From Batkoa obscura (taxonomy: Eukaryota): a stretch of 44,276 nucleotides of DNA. The translations under genes were made by a program, and so were the position numbers. The stretch covers positions 1 through 44,276 of the forward strand of contig JASVEC010000133.1 of the NCBI GenBank assembly GCA_030770535.1. The letters are read 5' to 3'. Below, piece by piece: positions 11,891 through 22,057 of the stretch. The notes below the pieces were generated by a model, which saw only the letters and a list, made by a program, of their open reading frames with translations, was not told where the DNA came from and did no database searches. How positions within the stretch are numbered: the first letter of the stretch is position 1; every line of letters begins with the position of its first letter.

Positions 11891-12327
11891 TTAGTCAATG
11901 TGCTCTTATTAACCTATTTTAAATCTATAGAGTCTAAACCAGGAGAAAAGTTTTAACTGATATTTTCCCATTACCTTTCCGCCTTACCATCGTGTATGAT
12001 TTTTCCTTTTATAATCTTAAAGTCTCTCTTATGCTCCATTGAATTTTCTACCTATCTTTGATTTAAAGAATAAACTATTTCAAGAACATGTTTTCAATGG
12101 TATTAGCGTAAGCCTTAGTGTTTTGTATTTTTTGAGTTTAAAATGTCAATTTAAAGACGCTAGCTGATTGGAGAAAACAAATGAATGATCCAATGATGAC
12201 GCTATCATTTAAGAATTTACTAGTAATTCGTAGATCTATTTGAGTGTGAAGTCATCCATCTAATTTCAAAGTATAAAACTAAAAAACAAAAGCAAAATTA
12301 ATAATTTTATTTAACAAAACAATAAAA

Positions 12328-15054
12328 ATGAATCCAGAAACATTTACAGATAAAACAATCAAAGTAATCAATTCCAGTATTGATTTGGCTAAAGAATTTG
12401 GAAATAGTCAAATCACACCTGTCCATTTATGTTCGAGCTTATTTGATAATGAAGATGGCTTTTTGAAAAATGTCATTAATAAAGCTGGTGGTGATGCAGC
12501 CAACTGCGAAAGAGGGATTAAAAAACTATTAGTCAAGTTACCAAGCCAAACGCCTGCTCCTACTGATGTCTCGCTAGCTTCTTCCATGCAAAAATTATTA
12601 CAAGAAGCTACTCAACTTTCTAAAAAAATGAAAGATAGTTTTGTAGCTGTCGACCATTTGATATTAGCCATGTTAGAAGAAAAAGATATATTACAAGCAT
12701 TTAAAGATGGTGGCGCAACCAAAAAGAGTATTGAAAATGCATTAACACAGATTCGTGGTAATCGTAAAGTAGATAGTAAATCAGCTGAAGAAACGTATGA
12801 AGCCTTATCAAAATATGCTGTGGATTTGATCGAGTTAGCCAATAGTGGTAAAATCGATCCTGTCATTGGTAGGGATGAAGAAATAAGGAGAGTTATTAGG
12901 GTGTTATCTAGAAGAACAAAAAATAATCCTGTCTTAATTGGTGAGCCTGGTGTTGGTAAAACAGCTATTGTCGAAGGGCTAGCTATGAGAATAGTTCGAA
13001 AAGATGTACCAGCCAATTTGCAATGTAAATTATTTTCTTTAGATATGGGTGCACTAATTGCCGGTGCTAAATATCGAGGAGAATTTGAAGAGCGTTTAAA
13101 AGCCGTTTTAAAAGAAGTCAAAGATAGTAAAGAAGGAATCATATTATTTATTGATGAAATCCATTTAGTCCTTGGTGCTGGGAAAACAGACGGTGCTATG
13201 GATGCAGCCAATTTATTAAAACCAATGTTAGCTAGAGGAGAGCTACGTTGTATCGGTGCCACTACTTTAGATGAGTACAGACAACATGTTGAAAAAGATG
13301 CTGCTTTTGAAAGAAGATTTCAACAAGTATTAGTTGGTGAACCAAGTGTGACTGATACTATTTCTATCTTAAGAGGTATTAAAGAAAAGTATGAGATTCA
13401 TCATGGTGTAAAGATTTCCGATACTGCTTTAGTAGCTGCAGCACAGCTTTCTTCAAGATACATTACAAACCGATTCTTACCAGATAAAGCTATTGATTTG
13501 GTGGACGAAGCTTGCGCTAATACTAGAGTACAATTAGACTCTCAACCTGAAGTAATAGACCAATTAGAAAGAAGATTATTACAACTAGAAGTAGAGGCAA
13601 CTGCCTTAGGAAAAGAAAAGAATTCAGCATCACAAGCTAGGTTAGAAGAAGTCCAAGAAGAAATGTCAAGGCTTAAAGATGAAATTCGACCACTTAAGTT
13701 GAAGTATGAAACTGAAAAAGGAAATTTGGATGAGATCCGAGACCTAAAACAAAAACTGGATGACCTTAAGTCAAAGGCAGATGAAGCTGAACGTAAATCC
13801 GATTTAGCTAAAGCAGCTGATATTCGTTACTATGCAATTCCAGATGTTAAGAAGAGAATTGAAGAAATCACTTTACAAAGAAAGACAGAATTAGAAGCCA
13901 TGGATGAAAATAATAACCAATTATTAACTGAAATAGTTGGAGTAGAACAAATCAATGAAGTCGTATCAAGATGGACTGGAATACCTGTTTCCAAACTAAA
14001 TAAGACACAAATCGATAAGATATTAAGTTTATCCGAACATCTTTCTAATAGAGTTGTTGGTCAAGCCCAAGCCGTTGAAGTAGTTAGTGATGCTATACAA
14101 AGATCAAGAGCTGGTTTATCAAGAGAGCATCAACCAACTGGTTCTTTCTTATTCTTAGGCCCAACAGGTGTAGGTAAGACTGAATTGGCAAAAGCACTAG
14201 CAGGAGAACTCTTTGATGATGAGAAATTGATGCTTCGATTAGATATGTCTGAATATATGGAACAACACTCTGTATCTAGATTGATAGGAGCCCCACCAGG
14301 TTATGTTGGTTACGATGAAGGTGGCCAACTTACTGAAGCTGTTAGACGTCGTCCTTACTCAGTTGTTTTACTTGATGAAATTGAGAAGGCACATCCTAAA
14401 GTATTAAATGTGCTATTAGAAGTATTAGATGATGCTAGACTTACAGACGGTAAGGGCAGAGTAGTTGATTTTTCTAATACAGTGATTATTATGACCTCGA
14501 ATGTTGGACAAGAAATTATACTTAATTCTAATGAAGATACAAGATCTAATTCACTTCAACAAAAAGTAATGGATCAAGTTAAAACCCATTTCCGACCTGA
14601 ATTTTTAAATCGATTGGATGATATTGTCATCTTTAATCGTTTAAAGAATGATAATTTACAGAAGATTGTGAAGTTACAAATTAGCAGTATCAATCATCGA
14701 TTATTAAGTCGAGATATTCAATTAGAAGTAAGTGAAGAAGGTATCAATTATATATTAAAACAATCTTATGATCCATTATATGGTGCTAGACCACTTAAAA
14801 GATACCTTGAAAAATATCTTATTACTAATATATCAAGGATGCTACTTAAAGGGGAGCTATTTGATCATTCCACTGTATTTATTGACGTTAGTGATGATGA
14901 ATTTTTATTTACAGTTAAACGTAAGCCCGCATCTCAAATTGCTTCAAGAGCATCTACACCTAATAAAATTTATCGTGTTCAAGGAGTTGGACACAACAAT
15001 GCTATTAACAATGAAAATGATGATGACCTTGAATTTGATGAAGATATGGATTAA
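12328..15054 (+). CDS. HSP104: Hsp104/ClpB AAA+ disaggregase, 908 aa
   Basis: Clp N-domain, two Walker A motifs (GEPGVGKT, GPTGVGKT), GAKYRGEFEER, RFLPDKAIDLVDEA, a coiled-coil middle domain and an acidic C-terminus (DEDMD); no mitochondrial presequence. Confidence 0.97.
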   Translation: MNPETFTDKTIKVINSSIDLAKEFGNSQITPVHLCSSLFDNEDGFLKNVINKAGGDAANCERGIKKLLVKLPSQTPAPTDVSLASSMQKLLQEATQLSKKMKDSFVAVDHLILAMLEEKDILQAFKDGGATKKSIENALTQIRGNRKVDSKSAEETYEALSKYAVDLIELANSGKIDPVIGRDEEIRRVIRVLSRRTKNNPVLIGEPGVGKTAIVEGLAMRIVRKDVPANLQCKLFSLDMGALIAGAKYRGEFEERLKAVLKEVKDSKEGIILFIDEIHLVLGAGKTDGAMDAANLLKPMLARGELRCIGATTLDEYRQHVEKDAAFERRFQQVLVGEPSVTDTISILRGIKEKYEIHHGVKISDTALVAAAQLSSRYITNRFLPDKAIDLVDEACANTRVQLDSQPEVIDQLERRLLQLEVEATALGKEKNSASQARLEEVQEEMSRLKDEIRPLKLKYETEKGNLDEIRDLKQKLDDLKSKADEAERKSDLAKAADIRYYAIPDVKKRIEEITLQRKTELEAMDENNNQLLTEIVGVEQINEVVSRWTGIPVSKLNKTQIDKILSLSEHLSNRVVGQAQAVEVVSDAIQRSRAGLSREHQPTGSFLFLGPTGVGKTELAKALAGELFDDEKLMLRLDMSEYMEQHSVSRLIGAPPGYVGYDEGGQLTEAVRRRPYSVVLLDEIEKAHPKVLNVLLEVLDDARLTDGKGRVVDFSNTVIIMTSNVGQEIILNSNEDTRSNSLQQKVMDQVKTHFRPEFLNRLDDIVIFNRLKNDNLQKIVKLQISSINHRLLSRDIQLEVSEEGINYILKQSYDPLYGARPLKRYLEKYLITNISRMLLKGELFDHSTVFIDVSDDEFLFTVKRKPASQIASRASTPNKIYRVQGVGHNNAINNENDDDLEFDEDMD

Positions 15055-16202
15055 TTGTTTAACTAGTTCGCTTCCTTTACCCTATTATCTAAATAAAAAT
15101 ATTTATTAAATTACTGATTTTATTGGCTTTTTCTTTTTAATAATTTTAGTTCATAATGTTATAATAATTTTTATTGCATTTATTGTTTAATAAATCGATT
15201 AACAGAGTGCCTCAAGTAAGATAATGGCAGTTTTGAAGTTAAGTTACATTTTTATTATTTTTAATAGCTCGTGAAAAAATGAAACGAATTTTTAAAAATC
15301 AATTTTGACCTTTAAATTTTAAGATATTTTCAATAATGTTTACTTTTAGTACTTAATTTATATTAAATAACCAATTTCAAAAATTTCAAACCCAAATGAA
15401 AAACTCACATCTTTAAATTAGACATCGCTATTTCATCAAATAGATCTGCTTATCTTTATCTTTATCTTTACTTCATAAACATACGATGCATTCATTTAAC
15501 TTTCTAAAATTGCTATAATTAAAAACATAGTTGCAAGTATTTTCTTTTTCAAAATAAAAAAATTAAAGAAGACTACTTACTTTCTAAATTGAAACATTAC
15601 AAGTTTTTGTTTATTATCCAAATGGAAGTACTATTTTGTTTTACCATTTAATTAGTAAAGCTCTTAACTATTATTTTTAGTCTTAAAAGCCAGAATTTTT
15701 AAGCTGTTAATACTAGTAATAATAGTTTACAATTAAATTACTTAAATAATAATTATAAATCGTAAAAGCGGAGAAAGGAATATTAAATTATAGGATATTA
15801 GGGAAGGAATGTAACTCCTGTAGTTAGCTTTCAATTCCAATGAATTACATTTAATTTCTAAGGATTCATGCTTATATGATCCTACTTAAATATAAAAAAG
15901 CGTGAGTGGAATGGAGGCAGAAGAAATAAAACTATTAGATAACAACTTATTTTAAGTGTTTTACATTGTTTATAACCTTATAAATATATTAAATGATTTA
16001 TGAATAACTCTGATGAAAGAGGTAAAAAGGAAGGAAATGTTAAAATAAGTTGGTCCAGGTTAAATAATTTTTTGAATTTTATGTTAAATGGAAATGGACA
16101 AAATATAACAAAACATTGGTAGAAATGTCTTTTTAATCTCATATGCTTGTCCATTTTTGAGCAATATAAAATGAAAACTGTAATAAGATCCTTATTCAAA
16201 AA

Positions 16203-16303
16203 ATACGGGGATGTATTTTTGTGTTTAAGAATTTTAGTAACTTTTCCGCTCAAATAGCGCTTAAAAGATGAAAAAGTAATGGAGCCAAAAAACATCGCCA
16301 TAT
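16203..16303 (+). mobile_element. MITE family copy
   Basis: GGGGATGTATTTTTGTGTTTAAGAATTTT...CGCTCAAATAGCGCTTAAAAGATG...AAAAAACATCGCC-ATAT. Confidence 0.9.
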
Positions 16304-16446
16304 ATTATTTTTTAAAATGATTTTTTGATGTTTGGTAAATCAATTTACTTGATGTTAACTTTAAAATTAATTGGCCCAATTCAATCTTTGATGGGTTATA
16401 TTAACCAATAGTTTTTCTCAATATAGCTTTGTTCTTATAAAATTTA

Positions 16447-16544
16447 CTATGAAGGTGTTTTTTACTGTCACTTTTTCTTTTTTCAAGTGCTATTTAAGTA
16501 GAAAAGTTGTTAATAAAACTGTTAAATAAAAAAGACATCCATAT
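16447..16544 (-). mobile_element. MITE family copy (diverged)
   Basis: Reverse-complement match: tatgaaggtgttttt...aagtgctatttaagtagaaaagttgttaataaaa...gacatccatat. Confidence 0.7.
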
Positions 16545-16567
16545 ATATGATATATAGTTTAAATGTA

Positions 16568-17879
16568 ATGTCAAACGCTTTAAGGATAATGAATAGAACT
16601 TCAAATTTGAGAATCTTGAAAGAAATTCAAAGAAATATTGTACTATCTCACAGATAGAGACAAAATCAATTTATTAGCTTGCCGTGAAGAATGGAACAAA
16701 GTAATACTATTCATTTTATGAGGAAATACCAGCTTTGATTATTATCATCATTTTAACTATAAAAAGAAAATATCTAGAAGTTTTAAAAAATATAGTCATT
16801 ACATTGAGCATTTAGACTTTAGAACTCTATTAGATTTATCAATTAATTGTTTAAAATATCCAAATGACACCAAATTATACATATCTTTGAAAATGTGTTT
16901 TAAAAATACTAACTCTTTTTTAAATATTCAACTAGCAGGCCTTTGTTATACTGATTCACTTAATATCTTTCCAACCGAAAATTATCTTTCTAGCAATAGC
17001 ATTTGTGTTAAGGGATTACTTAAAGGTCTAAAACGCTTAGAAATCCAACACACGACCTCTTATTTTACAAAATCAATAGCCCTGAACCATCATCAGTCAT
17101 CACTTTATTAGTATTATATTGGTATACCTATGATCTAGACCCCCTTCTTTTGGATTTGTTAAATGAGCTCGATAGCTTAAAGCAGCCTAAATTGAATTGT
17201 ATTAATATCAAATTTAATGAATTTGACTTATTGATAAAAGAATTCTATCACTTAAAAATTCCATACTCAATACATATACATAGAAAATTCGAAAAAAATC
17301 AGTATAAGTTTAAACAATTACCCAAAGCTTAAAACATTCAATATTGTAAGTTTCCGTAGTTTAAAATTTATTGGAATGTCGAATTTAAGGAAGTTGGTAT
17401 TAAACCATTCTAGCATAACTGATGTATATATAAATAATAAATTATTTCCAAAGTCAAATAGGATAAGTTTAGGATTTTGTAAGAACGTCTTGTCTAGACA
17501 TTTATTTTCAATACTTGGCATTCCTACAATTATTCATTTTAGTTTCATGGAAAAGAATAATTTAATATCTTTGATTGATAGAATCTATCCAAAGAGTAAT
17601 AGTAATATAATAGCATTCTTAGTTAGATGTTTAACTCAAGGAGCCAGTTTCCTAAATTTTATATACACTTCATATCTCAACTTACATAATCTTGAAACGA
17701 CAAGTTGTAAATTTAAAGCTGACATCTCATTTTTAACTCTTAATTCTTTGAGAGGATCTAATTCAACTAATATAAAGCTTAATCATATTAGATGTCCTGA
17801 TCTCAATGTTTTTATCGATTATATATTAATTCACTTTAAAAATGTAAAGTTATTTAAGTTTACAAGTCAAACTTTTTAA
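16568..17879 (+). pseudogene. Disrupted F-box / leucine-rich-repeat gene
   Basis: F-box-like LRILKEIQRNIV/(frameshift)YLTDRDKINLLACREEWNKVILFIL* is followed by same-strand ORF fragments with LRR-like segments (LKGLKRLEI, MSNLRKLVLNHSSI, FKNVKLF), broken by stops and frameshifts without intron signals. Confidence 0.65.
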
Positions 17880-19360
17880 CAAAGCATGGGATTAATCCCA
17901 GCTTTCATCTAAGGGATTTGTAATAGCTTTATGAATATTATTAATATTACAAATAAATAAAAATGGGTAATTACTATTTCTATTGACACTTCATTACTAA
18001 ATGTGTTTTTATTATTTTGTACTTATATAACACCCATTTTTTATACCAGTAGAGCTTATTTAGCTATTTTTTCTAACATTAACTTATTGCAAATTCTATA
18101 AATTAAGCATAGTGCAACATTGAAAAAAGCTGGATACATAGTGTATCTAGTTTTAAATTCACCATTCTTTAATTTATCGTTAACTCAGATTTCGTTTTTT
18201 ACTTCAATGAATTTGTATTCTTAGTATATTAGCTATAATACAAAAAATGCTTTTTAATTTACTTAATATAAAATCAACATTCAAAACATACCCAGTTCTG
18301 TTCAACAGTATAAAACAAAAATAGCCACTGAATGATTAAGTTGGCAATAAAATTTTAAATTCATGCAATTCATTCAACCTGGAAACTTTTATGATTTTAA
18401 CCAGGCTTTCAATTATTCAAATTCATTTTGAAAGTAGATCTAAAAGCCTGGAATATTATAACTCAATATTGTTATTGTTTTGTTCTAATGCGATTAGTTA
18501 TTTAAAGTTTTAATATTTATTTGATCTCTATAATCATTGTTTCGATTTCCAGTATCAAATGCCCCTAATTTAACCCTATCTAGTTATTCTAGCATAACCA
18601 GTTGGCGCTAGCGGATTAGCTTTTAGCTAAATATTATTTCATTGTCAATAACAAGGTGTAAAAAGGATGTCTAAAAGTTATTTTTTAGTTTAAATTTATA
18701 ATAAAAAATAAAATTGTTTAAGGAATAAAAACCATTAATAATTTATCTTATTAATTGACATTAACATAATATTTGAAGATAAGAATAAGATGCAATAAAA
18801 GTTTTTTAATATATTTTACTCAAATAATGACTATATCAAACTAAATGCTGAACGAACTTGCTTTTTAAAATTAACTTGCCTTAAAAAAACAATTCAACAA
18901 TCATAATACCAAAAATACTACCATTGAATTGAAGTTCTTGAAAAATTAGATACAGTACATACTTACCATGAAGTAAAATGTTACTTTATAATAACTGAAA
19001 TTTTAACCTTTATATTATATAATATACAAATAATATCAAGATGATATCAACCGAGTGGAAATTAATTAAAAAATAAATTTGACTTAATTAAATCAACCAA
19101 AGAGCGGATAAAATGCGATTAACTAAAAAAATGAGTCGGAGTATTGAAAATCAAAGTAAAAGAGGATTTGAGCTAAAAGGTAGTACAAACAGAGGGTACA
19201 TTAATAACAAGAAGCAAATAGCAATAATGTATAATAAATGTGACACTAGTAACTTTAATAAATACTTAAAATGAGGTATTATAAATAAAATTAATAAAAC
19301 AGCAACTTATCATTAATTTACTTGACTTTTATTTTATTAAAAAATTAAATCTATTAAGAC

Positions 19361-19447
19361 TAATATAACATATACTATAATATACTATACACATAACATA
19401 ACATAACACAACATATACTATAACATAACACGAAACAATACAATACA
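19361..19447. repeat. Degenerate 5-mer tandem repeat (ACATA/ATACT/ACAAT) abutting the CAP start codon
   Basis: tatactataatatactatacacataacataacataacacaacatatactataacataacacgaaacaatacaataca directly precedes the ATG. Confidence 0.7.
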
Positions 19448-20419
19448 ATGAAACTTTATACCAGTACTAAAATTTTATTTCTGTTAAATTTCATAGCCCC
19501 CTTTTACACCAGTTTAACACAACAACAATTCAATGTTGAGCTATATCATGAAATAAACCGTGTGCGACAACAACGTGGTTTAAGTGCTATTCCATACTCT
19601 AATGAACTAACCAAAGTAGCTGACACACATGTCAAGGATTTAAATGCCAATCGAAAGCAAGAATCTAGATCTAACTGCAATTTACATTCCTGGTACCTAC
19701 CAGGCAATAGTTGCTGCTATTATGAGGATCATAAAGATCCTGAATGCATGTGGGATAAGCCAAAGCAATTGAGTAGATACACAGAAGATGGGTTTGAGAT
19801 AGCTTTTAGTTCAGATGGAAAAGAAGAATTAACTAAAGAATTAGCAAAATCAATCATTAACACCTTTTTAAACTCCCCTCCACATCGTCAGGTTATTTTA
19901 TCTGAAGGTACTTGGAGTTCAGAACCCTGGTTAGCTTTAGGAACAGCCAATTTTAACTTTTATACAGTGGCTTGGTTTGGTAGAGCTAAAGATCCAAATT
20001 CAAGTTTACCTGATGTTAGTGGTGGTAATAAGCCCACCAGCCCTAGTAGTAAGCCAACCGTACCTACGATGCCTACCAGTATTACTCAACTGCCAACTAA
20101 AACATCAATTCCATCAGTATCTGCTGTTAAACCTACTGTTCCTACCTCATTACCGACTGTCAAGCCTACTGTTCCTACTTCGGCGACTACTGCTAAACCT
20201 ACAATTCCTGTTCCTAGAACTATTACGTCCGGCAGTGCTTCAGCTCCTCAGCCTAGTGGCAATGCTCCAACTTCAGACCCACACTATGACATTGGTAAAT
20301 CCACTACAGCTTCTTCTCCTAATCCCAGTACTCCAGTTGGGCCCCAAACACCTTCAAAAACTAGCAATCCTAGTTCCACAACCCCTAGTCATCGACTAAA
20401 ATGCAAGAATAAACTCTAA
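19448..20419 (+). CDS. Secreted CAP/SCP-domain protein with Pro/Ser/Thr-rich tail (paralog 1)
   Basis: Signal peptide, INRVRQQRGL, LTKVADTHVKDL, CNLHSW..CCY..DH...CMWDKP, GFEIA, FLNSPPHRQVIL and AWFG, followed by KPTVPT repeats. Confidence 0.88.
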   Translation: MKLYTSTKILFLLNFIAPFYTSLTQQQFNVELYHEINRVRQQRGLSAIPYSNELTKVADTHVKDLNANRKQESRSNCNLHSWYLPGNSCCYYEDHKDPECMWDKPKQLSRYTEDGFEIAFSSDGKEELTKELAKSIINTFLNSPPHRQVILSEGTWSSEPWLALGTANFNFYTVAWFGRAKDPNSSLPDVSGGNKPTSPSSKPTVPTMPTSITQLPTKTSIPSVSAVKPTVPTSLPTVKPTVPTSATTAKPTIPVPRTITSGSASAPQPSGNAPTSDPHYDIGKSTTASSPNPSTPVGPQTPSKTSNPSSTTPSHRLKCKNKL

Positions 20420-20453
20420 GCATTTAATTGGTGGAAAAGTATAAATAAATCTA

Positions 20454-20493
20454 TTTTAATTTTAATTTTAATTTTAATTTTAATTTTAATTTA
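20454..20493. repeat. (TTTTAA)n hexanucleotide microsatellite
   Basis: About six tandem TTTTAA units. Confidence 0.8.
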
Positions 20494-20587
20494 AAATCAT
20501 TTCATTTAATTTAAAACATTTATCTATTTAATATAAAAAACGGAAGTTTTATTTTGATAATAAAAAAATAGTTATACATCACTTACC

Positions 20588-21962
20588 ATGTCCTTAACCA
20601 AACAAGCTAAACTAGATAATTTTTGTTTTTTTATAAATGGTATTTAGTTTAACTCAAGAATCACTTCTTTTTTATACTAATTTACAATCACTCTAGGTCT
20701 AATCAACAACTTTGTATATGTTGTGTTTCTGAGCGCTGCTTTAGATCTGGTAGGCGACAAGCTCCCGAAAGCAAGTGTCTTAATAGCGGATATTTTACCA
20801 GCTTTTCTAGTCAAGCTAACAGTCCCTCTATATATGCATAAGGTACGTTACCATTATAGGATCACTTTTGTGATCTTGTGTTCTATATTTTCGCTTTATC
20901 TAGTAGCTTTTTCTACCAATTTACAGTTCCAGTTTCTGGGTATTATACTTGCAAGTGCGAGTAGTGGATTAGGTAACTTTAAGTTTATCATTTTGCTATT
21001 TTTTAAATATCACATTGTTCCCCAATATAGGCGAAGTCACCTTTTTAGCCATGGCAACGTTTTATAAAACCAACGTGTTTCATTATTGGGCTTCAGGAAC
21101 TGGAGCGGCTGGTTTAGTGGGTTCATTTATTTATTTGGCATTTTCTACCTGGTTTCAGTTTTCTACTAAAGTTACTATGTGTTTATGTTCAATTTTGCCC
21201 ATGCTACAATTATTGGCTTATTTTAAGTTGTTGTCTCACCCATTCGTAAACTTTGAGATGAACCGAAATGGTGGGTTTCAGCCCTTGATTGCTGGCGGTG
21301 TAAATAGTAATGAAGAAACTAACAATCAAGGAATTATTAATGGTGTAAATAATAACGAAGAAGCTGGTAGCAATAATCCAGTCATAAGAGCGGAGCATTA
21401 TGACTTTAAGAACAAAGTAAAGCACGTATTAAATTTACTACCAGAATATATGATCCCCTTATTTCTTGTATTCTTTTTAGAATATACCATCAACCAAGGG
21501 CTAGCACCAAACTTATTATTCCCTGTGGAAGAAACCTTCTTTTTAAAGTTAAGAGATCATTACGTGTATTATCAATTCTTTTATCAATTAGGAGTATTTA
21601 TTTCTCGCTCTTCCTCCACTTTATTTCCCATCTCTCAACTATATTATTTAGTTTTTGCCCAATTCTTAACATTTTTGATCCTCTTATTTATCTCTTTGCA
21701 CAAAATTCCAAGTAATATTTATCTTAATTTCTTTTTAATGTCTTTTGAAGGCCTCTTTGGAGGTGCTACATATGCCAATGCTTTTACAAAGTTGAATAAT
21801 GAACTTGAACCCCATCTAACTGAATTTTCGATGGGTATAGCATCTGTTTCAGATACCTTGGGTATTACTGTAGCTGCCCTAGTGTCCTACTTTTTAGAAC
21901 CCATTATTTGCAATTACCAATTCAGCATTGGTATTTTATTATGCAAATCTATAGCAGAGTAA
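20588..21962 (+). CDS. BTN1: Battenin / CLN3 family vacuolar membrane protein, 3 exons
   Basis: Introns 20640-20696 and 20973-21030. Motifs GLINNFVYVVFLSAA, LIADILP, SSGLGE, WASGTGAAG, EYTINQG, YQLGVFISRSS and EGLFGGATYAN. Confidence 0.95.
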
Positions 21963-22057
21963 TAAAACACATAAAAGACAGTAGCAATAATACAAAAATA
22001 ATATAAAAATTAGCATTAGAAATAAATCTTATTAATTTTTATTGTTACTATTTATTT

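Noticed and set aside
12211..12236. Possible heat-shock element upstream of HSP104 (aGAAt tTACt aGTAa tTCGt)
   Set aside because: Only one perfect nGAAn unit; too degenerate to call in DNA this AT-rich.
12612..13262. 216-aa antisense ORF inside HSP104, and similar shadow ORFs in the P450, CAP, TPR, MFS and Zn-cluster genes
   Set aside because: Antisense or alternate-frame shadows of real CDSs with no recognisable motifs.
2113..16301. Track ORFs 2113-2427, 6972-7220, 10836-11057, 11287-11472 and 15978-16301, several sharing peptides such as FKRYLxxKIVSKILKxKNTS
   Set aside because: The shared peptide is just the translation of the non-coding MITE; this is not a protein family.
18589..18599. 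CTAGCATAACC matches the start of the T7 terminator
   Set aside because: Only an 11-nt match with no following stem; chance, not vector contamination.
20405..20419. C-terminal -NKL of CAP paralog 1 as a peroxisomal PTS1
   Set aside because: Non-canonical tripeptide, and the protein has an N-terminal signal peptide.
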